DNA from: an uncultured bacterium
GTDB taxonomy: Bacteria > CAYJRR01
Direction of reading: 5' to 3'
DNA length: 64,000 nucleotides
Assembly: GCA_964372275.1 (NCBI GenBank)
Contig: CAYJRR010000001.1
Location: forward strand, 4,962-68,961
A program made the position numbers and the translations under genes. Below, piece after piece: positions 54,401 to 62,746 of this stretch. How positions within the stretch are numbered: position 1 is the stretch's first letter; every line of letters begins with the position of its first letter. The notes under the pieces are model-generated. The model was not told the DNA's origin and ran no database searches. It worked only from the letters and a program-made list of their open reading frames with translations.

Positions 54401-55936
54401 GCCGCTGATGCTGATCTCCTGCGCCCCCGAACCGGCGTGCAGCGTCCAGTCGAACCCTTCGCGTCCGGTCGGCCGCGAGACGGTCGGCTCCCGGGCGGGA
54501 CCCGGCGGCGAGCCGCCCCGCGCGCGCCCCCGCTGCGCCGGCACCTCGCCGCGCGCCACCAGCTCGTCGCCGGCCAGCGGGATCGCCGAGCTCTCGGTCC
54601 CCTCCATGTCGTCGGGGATCGCCCCCTGCGCCGGAACGCTCTCCTCGCCACGCCCGTCGTAGGCCTGCGAATCGCCGTCGAACTCCAACGCGGAGGCCGG
54701 GATCACCGGGCTCCTCTCACCGTCGGTCCTCCGTTCGCCGGTGGGATCGAGGCCCATCGCCATCGACGTCGGCATCGACCTCGACGCCGTTCCGCCGTAG
54801 GGGGCGATGGCGCCGACCGGCTTCTCGATCGACGGAACGGTCCGCTCCGGCCGGGCAACGGTCGTGGCGCGGGTGTCGGCGGGACGCGCCGGCGTCATGC
54901 GGGCGGTGCCGCTCGCGGTGCCGGGCCCGATCGGCGCCGGGGGCCGCGCGCCGAGCCGCGACAGATCGCTGATCAAGTTGGCGAGGTCGGAGACGCCCGG
55001 GGCCGGCGCGGCCTCCTTGGCGAACACCTTCCGCAGGAAGCGGGAGAGGTCGGCGGCGTCGACGACGCGGGTGAAGCCGAACAGCACCTCGGTCAGGTCG
55101 GCCCGCAGCTCCTCCGCCGAGCGGTAGCGCCGGTCGGGATCGGCGGCCAAGGCCTTCATCGTCACCTGCTCTAGCTTCGGCGGCACCTGCGGATTGATCG
55201 TCGACGGCGGAGGCACGCTGCACTTCCGCACGTTCTCGATCGTCTTCACCTCGTCGGGCTCGTAGAACAGCCGCCGGCCGGTGATCAGCTCGTGCAGGAT
55301 CACGCCGGCCGAGAAGATGTCGGTCCGCTGGTCGACCGGCTTCCCGGTCGCCATCTCCGGGCTCATGTAGGCGTACTTCCCTCGCAGCACGCCCCCCTTC
55401 ATCTTCCCTTCGCCGCCGACCGCGTGCGCGATCCCGAAGTCGGCGATCTTCACGTCCCCCTCGAACGACACCAGGACGTTCTGCGGGGAGATGTCCATGT
55501 GGATGATGTTGAGGGGGCGATCCTCCAGGTCCTTGCGGCGGTGCGCGTAGTCGAGCCCGGCGGCGATCTCGGCGAGCAGGTAGCAAGCGAGCGACAGCGG
55601 CAGCGGGATGCGCTTCTTGGCGCAGGCGCGGGTGATCTCGCGCAGGTCCTTCCCGTGCACGAACTCCATCGCGATGTAGTAGTCGTCGGCGACCTTCCCC
55701 AGGTCGAACACCTGCACCACGTTCTTGTGGTTCAGATTGACGGCGATCTTCGCCTCCTTGATGAACATGGAGACGAACCGCTCGTTCTGCGAGAGGTGCG
55801 GAAGGATCTTCTTGATGACGAGGAGCTTCTCGAAGCCGGCGACGCCGTAGCTCTTCGACTTGTAGACCTCGGCCATCCCGCCGGCGGCGATGCGCTCCAG
55901 CAGGAGGTAGCGACCGAAGACGACCGGCTCGGCCAT
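51455..55936 (-). CDS. giant signalling protein: Ser/Thr kinase - class III cyclase-like domain - AAA/STAND NTPase - TPR repeats
   Basis: The kinase reads GRYLLLERIAAGGMAEVY, HMDISPQNVLV, KIADFGIA. The mid region has a cyclase-like fold (LLLAYFGVP...ALAVHTGTV). Walker A is GEAGSGKS. The C-terminal third is TPR/ARM-like. The protein is 1493 aa. Confidence 0.8.
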   Translation of the reverse strand: MAEPVVFGRYLLLERIAAGGMAEVYKSKSYGVAGFEKLLVIKKILPHLSQNERFVSMFIKEAKIAVNLNHKNVVQVFDLGKVADDYYIAMEFVHGKDLREITRACAKKRIPLPLSLACYLLAEIAAGLDYAHRRKDLEDRPLNIIHMDISPQNVLVSFEGDVKIADFGIAHAVGGEGKMKGGVLRGKYAYMSPEMATGKPVDQRTDIFSAGVILHELITGRRLFYEPDEVKTIENVRKCSVPPPSTINPQVPPKLEQVTMKALAADPDRRYRSAEELRADLTEVLFGFTRVVDAADLSRFLRKVFAKEAAPAPGVSDLANLISDLSRLGARPPAPIGPGTASGTARMTPARPADTRATTVARPERTVPSIEKPVGAIAPYGGTASRSMPTSMAMGLDPTGERRTDGERSPVIPASALEFDGDSQAYDGRGEESVPAQGAIPDDMEGTESSAIPLAGDELVARGEVPAQRGRARGGSPPGPAREPTVSRPTGREGFDWTLHAGSGAQEISISGERKRAALVAVRFFEAGRPARPNDARAGETAQLVKRFGGTPTPAKGDLLLAYFGVPLAGEDDLERALSFALAALREERHAAARTGGARAVALAVHTGTVAVESSGNPRIGPLVSGAPLSLVERLARSAAAGRIVASRSVVRAAYRRNDFVRIDPDVDRETGTTTERHELLEAARRTGEALAGDTAPLIGRARELTILTGVFAKIQRGHGQVLALVGEAGSGKSRLVRELSRLTANKELALFVARASPFGADGDFALIGDLIASIVGFSAEDSLEERREKLMRLTELGLEKHEVHFVGELSATRFDASGIEAFDPQARRLGMFAALRKVVERLAKERPLLLVFEDLQHADPMARDALEFLLDAVPERRLLVMLTYRPEFKHRWWDRAWYNQIVLKPLSVTESLDMARACFAAEFARRPGAEAVPAESIVLPKRLGKVILDTAGGNPMFMEELCGALVRGGKVLLAPNGAIHLGGEVQRLEVPPTLRATVSARIDRLHPDLKRLLQVASVLGRRFPYRALIDLAGMGERADGLLVELQRAGFLVESPDAAGELTYAFRHPMMREVAYHALPTTARRRLHRSVADHLVRNSPEGQVPVEALALHYEQAQDVERAVTHLGLAGDKQVGEYRDGDALSYFRRARDLLDGQPELDRSQRVELSDLELKIGRCAARLGWMREAESALTRADELARAVGDSARRAWALKELGELLRGDGALDRAAEALREAVAIVEREEDPRLRFEVLEAQGNLLAWTGRPEQAERELKRALAEAKKLKDLSMVARILTDLGALQRRAGAYDLSREYLLRAEEGARRAEDRFLLSRVMIMVGTVAVARGEQSFAEAKFREALELSRAIGDQRGAATALHNLGALHARLNDPPKARYYLTEADAISQEIGWKAGEMANRVYLAWLRAVDGNPRDGRAELESAVGESVKHGSREAVARGKFFLGRLLADAGDRKRGRALLAEARLLAEEIGNRQLVAEIDSL

Positions 55937-55977
55937 GCGAGCCGCAGTCTATCCGATCGGGGGCCCTTCGGACGGGC

Positions 55978-56190
55978 TTACGCTTCGGCCGATTCCCGGG
56001 AGGTCTGGTTGGTCTTCACCACGCCGGCCGCGATCTCGCGCAGGGCGGTGACGACCTCCTTGTTCCCGGGCGCCTCGAGCAGCGCCTTGGCGCCGGAGGT
56101 GAGCTGCCGGGCCCTCTTGGTCGCCAGGTGCACCAGCGAGAAGCGGTTCTCGACCTTTTCCAGGCAGTCTTCGACGGTCACGCGTGCCAT
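55978..56190 (-). CDS. rpoZ: DNA-directed RNA polymerase subunit omega
   Basis: [30 protein letters not shown] is a canonical RpoZ. Confidence 0.88.
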   Translation of the reverse strand: MARVTVEDCLEKVENRFSLVHLATKRARQLTSGAKALLEAPGNKEVVTALREIAAGVVKTNQTSRESAEA

Positions 56191-56241
56191 GGGCCTTGTT
56201 GCCTCCGAAAGCGCGCAGGCTAGTCCACGGCCCGGGCAAGG

Positions 56242-56817
56242 TCAAGCGGGGACCGGGACGGATCGACCCCGTGGATGGTGCGCGTGGGCGTGCCTTCGGC
56301 GCATCTCGGTCGGCCGCACACGTGAGGAAGGGCATCGCGCCGGCAGGGGTCCTCGTCCCGTACGCCGGCACGAGACGGTCCGGCAGGAGCGCCACGCCGG
56401 CGCGAATGCCGATCCCGGGGACGACCGAGCCGCGCGGCCGGAGGTCGTGAACGGCGCCGGCCGCGACGCTCGCGAACGCGATCGGATCCGGATCGCCGCC
56501 CGCCGGAACGCGCAGGTCGTCGGCGGTCCGGGTGAGATGTTCGGCTCGCGCGAACAGCTCGTTGCGCCCGTCGACGCGGAGGTTCGTCTCGAGGAGCAAG
56601 GCCCGCCGGTCTGGAGCAGCAGCGGGTAGCCGCGCAAACCGACCGTCCAGGGTTCGAGACTCCACATCGTCCGCAGGTGAAGCGTCCCGGCGCCCATTTC
56701 GCGCCGCGCCGACGCCATGACCCAGTTCGCGCTGAACAGCTGCCGATCGCCGCGCTCGCCCCCCTGAACGACCGGCCCGACGTGGGCGACGAGCGTGGCG
56801 ATCGGAACGAGACGGTT
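56242..56817 (-). pseudogene. possible frameshifted remnant of a copB-like outer-membrane protein gene downstream of the multicopper oxidase
   Basis: Two overlapping frames carry protein-like text. One is GTG..NRLVPIATLVAHVGPVVQGGERGDRQLFSANWVMASARREMGAGTLHLRTMWSLEPWTVGLRGYPLLLQ. The other is ALLLETNLRVDGRNELFARAEHLTRTADDLRVPAGGDPDPIAFASVAAGAV...AMPFLT. The location matches a copA-copB arrangement. Homology is weak and from memory. Confidence 0.25.
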
Positions 56818-56921
56818 CACCTGCCCGGGAGGATGCGACGCGACCGCTCGAAGGCGAATCGACGGCGCAACCCGAGGCCCCGAGCGCGAACCGATCGACC
56901 GACGGGCCGCTCGGCCCGGCG

Positions 56922-58364
56922 CTACTCGACGGAGAGGCTCCCCATCATCCCCAGCTCCGCGTGCTCGAGGATGTGGCAGTGGTACATCCAGGTCCCGGCG
57001 CCGGTGTAGGTCACGGCGAAGCGCAGCGTCGAGAGTTGCGGGACGATCACGGTGTCCTTCCAGCCGAGCCGCGTCTCCGGCATGCCGTCGACGTCGAGCA
57101 CCTGGAAGAACATGCCGTGCAGGTGGAACGGGTGGTCCATCTCGGCGGTGTTCTCGATCTCCCAGATCTCGGTCGCGCCAAGGTCGGCTTCGATCGGCGT
57201 GTTGAACGGCCAGGCCTCGCCGTTGATGTAGAAGCGCGGCTTGCCGTCGCCGCCGTCCTCCTCCTCGGAGAGCACGAACGACCGCACGGCGCTCGAGCCG
57301 GTGACCGCGATCGGCTCGACGTGGCCCCATTCGGTCGGTAGCGGATCCGGCGCCGGCGCCGTCCCGGAGAAGTCGAGGGAGACCAGGTCGAGCGGACCCG
57401 GATCGGGGAGGTCGTGCCCGCGGTCGTAGTGGAGCGTACGCAGCGCGATCCCTCCCGGTCCCGAGGGGCGCGCGAGATCGACCAGCACCTCGTATCGTTC
57501 GCCGGGGCTGATGAGCACGGTGCTTGCCTCATACGGCTCCGGCAGGAGGCCCCCGTCCCAAGCGATGACGGTGAAGTCGTGCCCCGGGATCTCCAGGTTG
57601 AAGAAACGCCCGTTCGCCGCGTTGACGAACCGCCAGCGCTCGCGGGCGCCGTCCTTCACCGTGAGGCGCGCCCCCCGCGCGCCGTTGACGAGGAGCTCGT
57701 TCCCCTGGCGGCCGACCATGTAGTCGAGCGCGGCCGGCTCGTCGACGAGCGTGCCGTCGGCGTCGAGCTTGACGTCGTCGAGGACGAAGGTGCGATCGGC
57801 CGTCACCGCCGGCTCGACGCCTCCGCGGACGATCAGCGGCGCGTAGAGACCGGCCTCGATCTGCTCGTCGGCCATCATGTGCGGGTGGTACCAGTAGCTC
57901 CCGGGATCGTCGACGTCGAAGCGGTAATCGAACGTCTCACCGGGCATGATCGGGAGCTGCGCCACGTTTGTACCGTCCATCGGCTGCGGCAGCCGGATCC
58001 CGTGCCAGTGGACGGTCGTCGACTCCGGCAGGTCGTTCTTCACGCGGACGACGAGGAGGTCCCCCTCTTTTGCCTCGATCAGCGGACCGGGCACCGTCAC
58101 CCGCGACCGCGAGGCGTCGCGGTAGCCCCACACCTCCGCCGGCTTCCCCGGGAGGTACTCCCAGGTCCCGACGTCGGCCACCAACTCCACCTCGACCACG
58201 TCGGGATCGGGGTCGAGATCGACCGCACGGGTCAGCTCGAGCGGGTCCTTCTTCTCGCGCGACGGCGAGGAGGAACAGCCGGCCGCCAGCACCGCCAGCG
58301 CGACGGCCACGCCCCCCCGACAACCGCCGGCGCGCGGTGCGGGGCGCGGCGCGCGCCGGCTCAT
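56922..58364 (-). CDS. multicopper oxidase (CopA/CueO-like) lipoprotein
   Basis: Lipobox LAVLAAGC. Type 1/2/3 copper sites are HWHG, HPH, HPFHLHG and HCHILEHAELGMM. The ATG at 58364 overlaps the upstream stop. Confidence 0.88.
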   Translation of the reverse strand: MSRRAPRPAPRAGGCRGGVAVALAVLAAGCSSSPSREKKDPLELTRAVDLDPDPDVVEVELVADVGTWEYLPGKPAEVWGYRDASRSRVTVPGPLIEAKEGDLLVVRVKNDLPESTTVHWHGIRLPQPMDGTNVAQLPIMPGETFDYRFDVDDPGSYWYHPHMMADEQIEAGLYAPLIVRGGVEPAVTADRTFVLDDVKLDADGTLVDEPAALDYMVGRQGNELLVNGARGARLTVKDGARERWRFVNAANGRFFNLEIPGHDFTVIAWDGGLLPEPYEASTVLISPGERYEVLVDLARPSGPGGIALRTLHYDRGHDLPDPGPLDLVSLDFSGTAPAPDPLPTEWGHVEPIAVTGSSAVRSFVLSEEEDGGDGKPRFYINGEAWPFNTPIEADLGATEIWEIENTAEMDHPFHLHGMFFQVLDVDGMPETRLGWKDTVIVPQLSTLRFAVTYTGAGTWMYHCHILEHAELGMMGSLSVE

Positions 58365-58927
58365 TCCGGCGCCCCGGCCTCGATCCAATCCCGGATCAAG
58401 GCGATCGTCTCCTCGGACAGGCTCGACGCGATCGGCATCGGGTCGGACGGATTTCCGCAGTACGGCCCGCCGTCGATCTTTCGCATCAGGTAGCTCCCGT
58501 CCGGATCCCCGGGCGCGACGTACGGTACGTTCGGATCGGGGTTCGACGGGTCGAAGACACTCGGGCCGCACTCCCAGGAGTTCATCAACAACCGGTCGTA
58601 GAGCGCGAAATCGTCGCAGCCGGTGGCGTCCCCTTGGTTGGGTCCGCTGTAGAAGACCGATCCCAACGCGGTGTTCTCGAGCGCGAGCCAGCCCCGGCAG
58701 GCGCCACCGACGGTGCTCGGGTTGGCGCCATAGGCGACGCGGCTGTGGCAGGCGTTGTCGCCGGTTCCGCAGCTCGACTCGAAGATCGGGACGATGTCGG
58801 CCTGGAACCTTGGGGGGCCGTCGTCGTCGTCGTCCGCGGCGTCGTCATCGGCGACGGATCCGCCGCCGCCGGTGGAGCAGGCGGCGATCGTCGCGACCAT
58901 TGCGAGGGCGGCGAGGAACCGGACCAT
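58361..58927 (-). CDS. lipoprotein with a PSCyt1-like (Planctomycete cytochrome-c-like) domain carrying a non-canonical CX6CH
   Basis: Lipobox MVATIAAC. IVPIFESSCGTGDNACHS. GDPDGSYLMRKI. C-terminal LSEETIALIRDWIEAGA matches the PSCyt1 tail. It sits immediately upstream of, and is translationally coupled to, the multicopper oxidase. Confidence 0.6.
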   Translation of the reverse strand: MVRFLAALAMVATIAACSTGGGGSVADDDAADDDDDGPPRFQADIVPIFESSCGTGDNACHSRVAYGANPSTVGGACRGWLALENTALGSVFYSGPNQGDATGCDDFALYDRLLMNSWECGPSVFDPSNPDPNVPYVAPGDPDGSYLMRKIDGGPYCGNPSDPMPIASSLSEETIALIRDWIEAGAPE

Positions 58928-58952
58928 GAGACCTCCCGACGTGCCCGATCCG

Positions 58953-59318
58953 TTACGGGGTCGCGATCTGGAACTCGTTCGACGGTTCCGACAGGCCGGT
59001 GTCGTTCTCCGCCAGGACGCGATAGGTGAAGCCGGTCCCGGCGGGCGCGCCCATGTCGTGGAACTGCTCGACGTTGTAGGTCTCGCTGCCGACCTCGGCG
59101 AACGACCCGGTCCCCGTCACCATCCGTTCGATCACGAAGCCGGTCTCGTCGTCGGAGTTGTCGTCCCAGGTCAGGTGGGGCTTTCCGTCCATCAGGGCGG
59201 CGGTCAAGCCCGACGGGGCCGCCGGTACGGTCGCGGAATCGTCATCGTCGCCCCCACCGCTGCACGCGAGGGTCGACGCGGCGATCGTGGCGAGTACGAG
59301 AAGGAGTCGGCGATTCAT
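58953..59318 (-). CDS. small lipoprotein with a fibronectin-type-III domain
   Basis: MNRRLLLVLATIAASTLAC, then PSGLTAALMDGKPHLTWDDNSDDETGFVIERM...GFTYRVLAENDTGLSEPS. Confidence 0.6.
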   Translation of the reverse strand: MNRRLLLVLATIAASTLACSGGGDDDDSATVPAAPSGLTAALMDGKPHLTWDDNSDDETGFVIERMVTGTGSFAEVGSETYNVEQFHDMGAPAGTGFTYRVLAENDTGLSEPSNEFQIATP

Positions 59319-59350
59319 CGTTTCATCCTGCAACGTCCCGGAGTTGATGG

Positions 59351-60334
59351 TCAACGGTTCAGCGCCGAAGCCCTCCTCGACCGCTCCGCCGCCATCGCGG
59401 GGGCGACGGTGTGCTTCAGGTAGCGCGCGACCTCCACCATCCCGTGGATCCCGATCTGCCGGCCGAGCACTCCGTTGTAGTTCGAGTTGGCGTTGATGTC
59501 GTAGGTGTAGCGGCGCCCCTCGGCGTCCTCCACGAACTCGATCCCCGCGATCTCGATCCCTTCCGCGTGGCAGAGGTCGAGGTACTGGCGCACCAGCGCG
59601 TCGTCGGCGCCGATCGGCGACGGGGTGAACTTCGACGTGCCGTCGGTGGGGCAGATGTCGGGCGCGGTCGCCGGCTGGCACGCGTCGGACGGGCAGAGCT
59701 CGAAGCCGTCGATCGTCGACGATCGCATCGCGAACAGGAATCTCCCGCCGACGATCTCGACGCGCGTGATGAACGGCTTGGGGGCGCGGATGTACTGCTG
59801 CAACACCACCTGCCCGTTCGGTCCGGGATCGAACGCCTTTGAGGCGACGTGCGCGGCGAGCTGCTCGGCCGACTGGAACAGCTTGATGCCGAGCCCCTTC
59901 CCCCCCTGGTTGTGCTTGGTGATGAAAGGACCGTCGAACGTCCGCGCGACGCGGACGAGCTCGTCGGTCCCGACCGCGAGCACGGTGCGCGGGGTGCGGA
60001 TGCCGTGGCGGCGCAGCACCAGGTCCTGCTGGAGCTTGCTGACCTCGAGCTCGAAGACGCGCGAGCCGTTGATCACCCGCCGCCCGTGCCCTTCGAGCCA
60101 GAGGAGCCACTCGCGCATCAACGCCACGCTCTCGTGGTGCCCGCGGGTGTGCGACGAGGGGCTCATCCGGTTCCAATAGATCCCGTCCTCCGGGAGCCGC
60201 TCCGGATCGATGCTCCCGCGCCAGATTTCGTGAAGGCGAAAGGGGAACCCCTCGGCCGCGAGCGCCTCGGTCAGCGGCGGCAGCCAGGCGGGGTTCTCGT
60301 AGAGGACGTGAACGGTGGGAAGGGTCGAGGACAT
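59351..60334 (-). CDS. ATP-grasp-fold ligase (RimK / glutathione-synthetase-like)
   Basis: VLAVGTDELVRVARTFDGPFITKHNQGGKGLGIKLF ... VLQQYIR. The ATG is at 60334. Confidence 0.6.
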   Translation of the reverse strand: MSSTLPTVHVLYENPAWLPPLTEALAAEGFPFRLHEIWRGSIDPERLPEDGIYWNRMSPSSHTRGHHESVALMREWLLWLEGHGRRVINGSRVFELEVSKLQQDLVLRRHGIRTPRTVLAVGTDELVRVARTFDGPFITKHNQGGKGLGIKLFQSAEQLAAHVASKAFDPGPNGQVVLQQYIRAPKPFITRVEIVGGRFLFAMRSSTIDGFELCPSDACQPATAPDICPTDGTSKFTPSPIGADDALVRQYLDLCHAEGIEIAGIEFVEDAEGRRYTYDINANSNYNGVLGRQIGIHGMVEVARYLKHTVAPAMAAERSRRASALNR

Positions 60335-60473
60335 CCGGCGAGGTATACCGGACGCGCGCGCTGCGCGCCAGCCCCATCGGACGGACCGGATCGTCACGCC
60401 CCCCCTCCGGCGAGCTTGAGCGACCGTTCAGGACTAGGGTAGAGAAGGCGTTCCCACCCCGACGGAGGTCTCG

Positions 60474-61571
60474 ATGAACGCGCGGTTCTTTTCGGTCGTC
60501 GCCGGTTGTTGTCTTGCCTTCGGTTGCATCGGCAGCGACGAACGTGGCGGCGCCGACGGCGGCGATCCGCTGGCCAGCCTGGGCGGCGGAGACCACACCC
60601 TGGCCAACCTCGAGCTTCTGGAGGTCGGCGTCGACGGAGACGGGCTGCGCACGCCGCGCGACCTGAAGTTCCACCCCGACCGCAAGGACGAGCTCTGGGT
60701 CGTCAACCAGACCGACAGCTCGATCGTCGTCTTCCAGGGGATCGGCACCGGCGCCTCCTCCTCGCAGAAGTTCCGCGACACGGTGGCCGGTCCGCACTTC
60801 CTGGCCAAGCCCTCGGGCCTGGCCTTCAACGACGACGGAACGTTCGCCACCATCCACGAGGAGGACGAGGAGACGCAGGGGGAGATGACCCCCGCCGACT
60901 TCATGGGCCCGACGCTCTGGACCTCCGACCTGGAGATCTTCGACGCCGGCGACGAAGGGCACCTCGACATGCTTCACAACAGCCCCAACGGAATGGGGAT
61001 CGCGTGGGAAGGCGGCAACGCCTATTGGGTCTTCGACGGCTACCACGAGGCGATCGTCCGCTACGATTTCCACGACGACCACGGACCGGCCGGGACCGAC
61101 CACACCGACGGCGAGATCGCGCGCTACGTCGAAGGGGAGGTCGCCTACGTCGAAGGGGTCCCCTCGCACCTGGCGTTCGATCCGGCGAGCCGCCTCCTCT
61201 ACATCGCCGACACCGGCAACGCGCGGATCGCGGTCCTCGACACCACCACCGGCACCGAGGGATCGAACGTCAGCCCCAACTACGACGGCGCCGACCAGTA
61301 CCGCGTGAACGGCGCCACGATCGAGACCTTGATCGACGCCGACGACGGCCTGGAGCGCCCCTCCGGGCTCCTCCTGCGGGACGGGCTGCTGTTCGTCACC
61401 GACAACGCCACCTCCAGGGTGTGGGCCTTCTCGCTCGAGGGGGAGGCGATCGACTGGCTCGACACGGGGTTGCCGGCCGGATCGTTGATGGGGATCGAGT
61501 TCGACGGCAACGGGCGGATGTACCTGGCCGACGGGCCGGGCGACCGGATCGTGCGCATCGCTCCGAAGTAG
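60474..61571 (+). CDS. lipoprotein with an NHL/SMP-30-like beta-propeller
   Basis: MNARFFSVVAGCCLAFGC. Repeated blades (LLYIADTGNARIAVLD, GLLFVTDNATSRVWAFS, GRMYLADGPGDRIVRI). Confidence 0.6.
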   Translation: MNARFFSVVAGCCLAFGCIGSDERGGADGGDPLASLGGGDHTLANLELLEVGVDGDGLRTPRDLKFHPDRKDELWVVNQTDSSIVVFQGIGTGASSSQKFRDTVAGPHFLAKPSGLAFNDDGTFATIHEEDEETQGEMTPADFMGPTLWTSDLEIFDAGDEGHLDMLHNSPNGMGIAWEGGNAYWVFDGYHEAIVRYDFHDDHGPAGTDHTDGEIARYVEGEVAYVEGVPSHLAFDPASRLLYIADTGNARIAVLDTTTGTEGSNVSPNYDGADQYRVNGATIETLIDADDGLERPSGLLLRDGLLFVTDNATSRVWAFSLEGEAIDWLDTGLPAGSLMGIEFDGNGRMYLADGPGDRIVRIAPK

Positions 61572-61636
61572 CGGCCGCGTTGACAGTCCCCGAGGCGGCT
61601 GCTTAGGTTGCGGGCGCACCCTCTCCCGGGGATCGG

Positions 61637-62746
61637 TTGGCCAAGCGCGACTACTACGAGGTGCTGGGCGTCGCCAAGGACGCGCCGGCCGACGAGATCA
61701 AGAAGGCCTACCGCAAGGTCGCCTTCGAGGCCCATCCCGACCGCAACCCCGGCAACAAGGAGGCCGAGGAGCGGTTCAAGGAGGCGGCCGAGGCCTACTC
61801 GGTCCTGTCCGACACCCAGAAGCGGCAAGCCTACGACCGGTTCGGACACGAGGGGGCGCGCGCCGCCGGCTTCCACGGCTTCGGATCGAGCGAGGAGATC
61901 TTCAGCTCGTTCGGCGACCTGTTCGAGGAGATCTTCGGCGGCTTCGGCGGGATGCGCGGCCGCGCGCGTGGCGGGGCCGACCTGCGCCTCGACGTGGAGC
62001 TGACCTACGAGGAGGCATTCACCGGGGTCTCGCGCGAGATCGAGGTCCTGAAGACGGTCGAGTGCGAAACCTGCAAGGGGTCGGGGGCGAAGTCAGGGAC
62101 GCAGCCGACCACCTGCCCCACCTGCGCCGGGCGGGGGATGGTGGCCCACACCCAGGGGTTCTTCTCCTTCTCGACCACCTGCCCGCGGTGCAGCGGCCAG
62201 GGCCGGATCGTGAAGGCGCCGTGCGACACCTGCCGCGGCACCGGCAAGGCACGCCGCAAGCGGAAGCTGAAGATCGAGATCCCGGCCGGCGTCGACGACG
62301 GCAACCGGGTGCAGATCGCCGGCGAAGGGGAGCCCGGGGAACGCGGACTGCCTCCGGGCGACCTCTACCTGGTGATCCACCTGAAGGAGCACGACCTCTT
62401 CTCGCGGGAAGGGACGACCGTCCTGTGCCGCGTGCCGATCGGCTTCGCGCAGGCGGCGCTCGGGGCGAAGATCGAGGTGCCGACGCTCGACGGGACCCGG
62501 ACGCTGGAGGTCCCCGCCGGCACCCAGTCCGGGGAGCGGCTGGTGATCCACGGGGCCGGTTTCCCGACGCCGGGGCGCGGCGGCCGTCGCGGCGATCAGG
62601 TGGTGCGGGTCGACGTCGTCACCCCCCGCAAGGTGACTGCGCGCCAACGGGAGCTGCTGGAGGAGCTGGCCCGGCTCGACGCCGCCGAATCGGGGGACGA
62701 CTCCCTCCTCGGCAAGTTCAAGAAGAAGTTCCGCGGGAAGAGTTAG
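61637..62746 (+). CDS. dnaJ: molecular chaperone DnaJ
   Basis: TTG start. [27 protein letters not shown]...HPD (J domain). G/F region. Four CxxCxGxG zinc-finger repeats. C-terminal domains present. Confidence 0.9.
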   Translation: MAKRDYYEVLGVAKDAPADEIKKAYRKVAFEAHPDRNPGNKEAEERFKEAAEAYSVLSDTQKRQAYDRFGHEGARAAGFHGFGSSEEIFSSFGDLFEEIFGGFGGMRGRARGGADLRLDVELTYEEAFTGVSREIEVLKTVECETCKGSGAKSGTQPTTCPTCAGRGMVAHTQGFFSFSTTCPRCSGQGRIVKAPCDTCRGTGKARRKRKLKIEIPAGVDDGNRVQIAGEGEPGERGLPPGDLYLVIHLKEHDLFSREGTTVLCRVPIGFAQAALGAKIEVPTLDGTRTLEVPAGTQSGERLVIHGAGFPTPGRGGRRGDQVVRVDVVTPRKVTARQRELLEELARLDAAESGDDSLLGKFKKKFRGKS

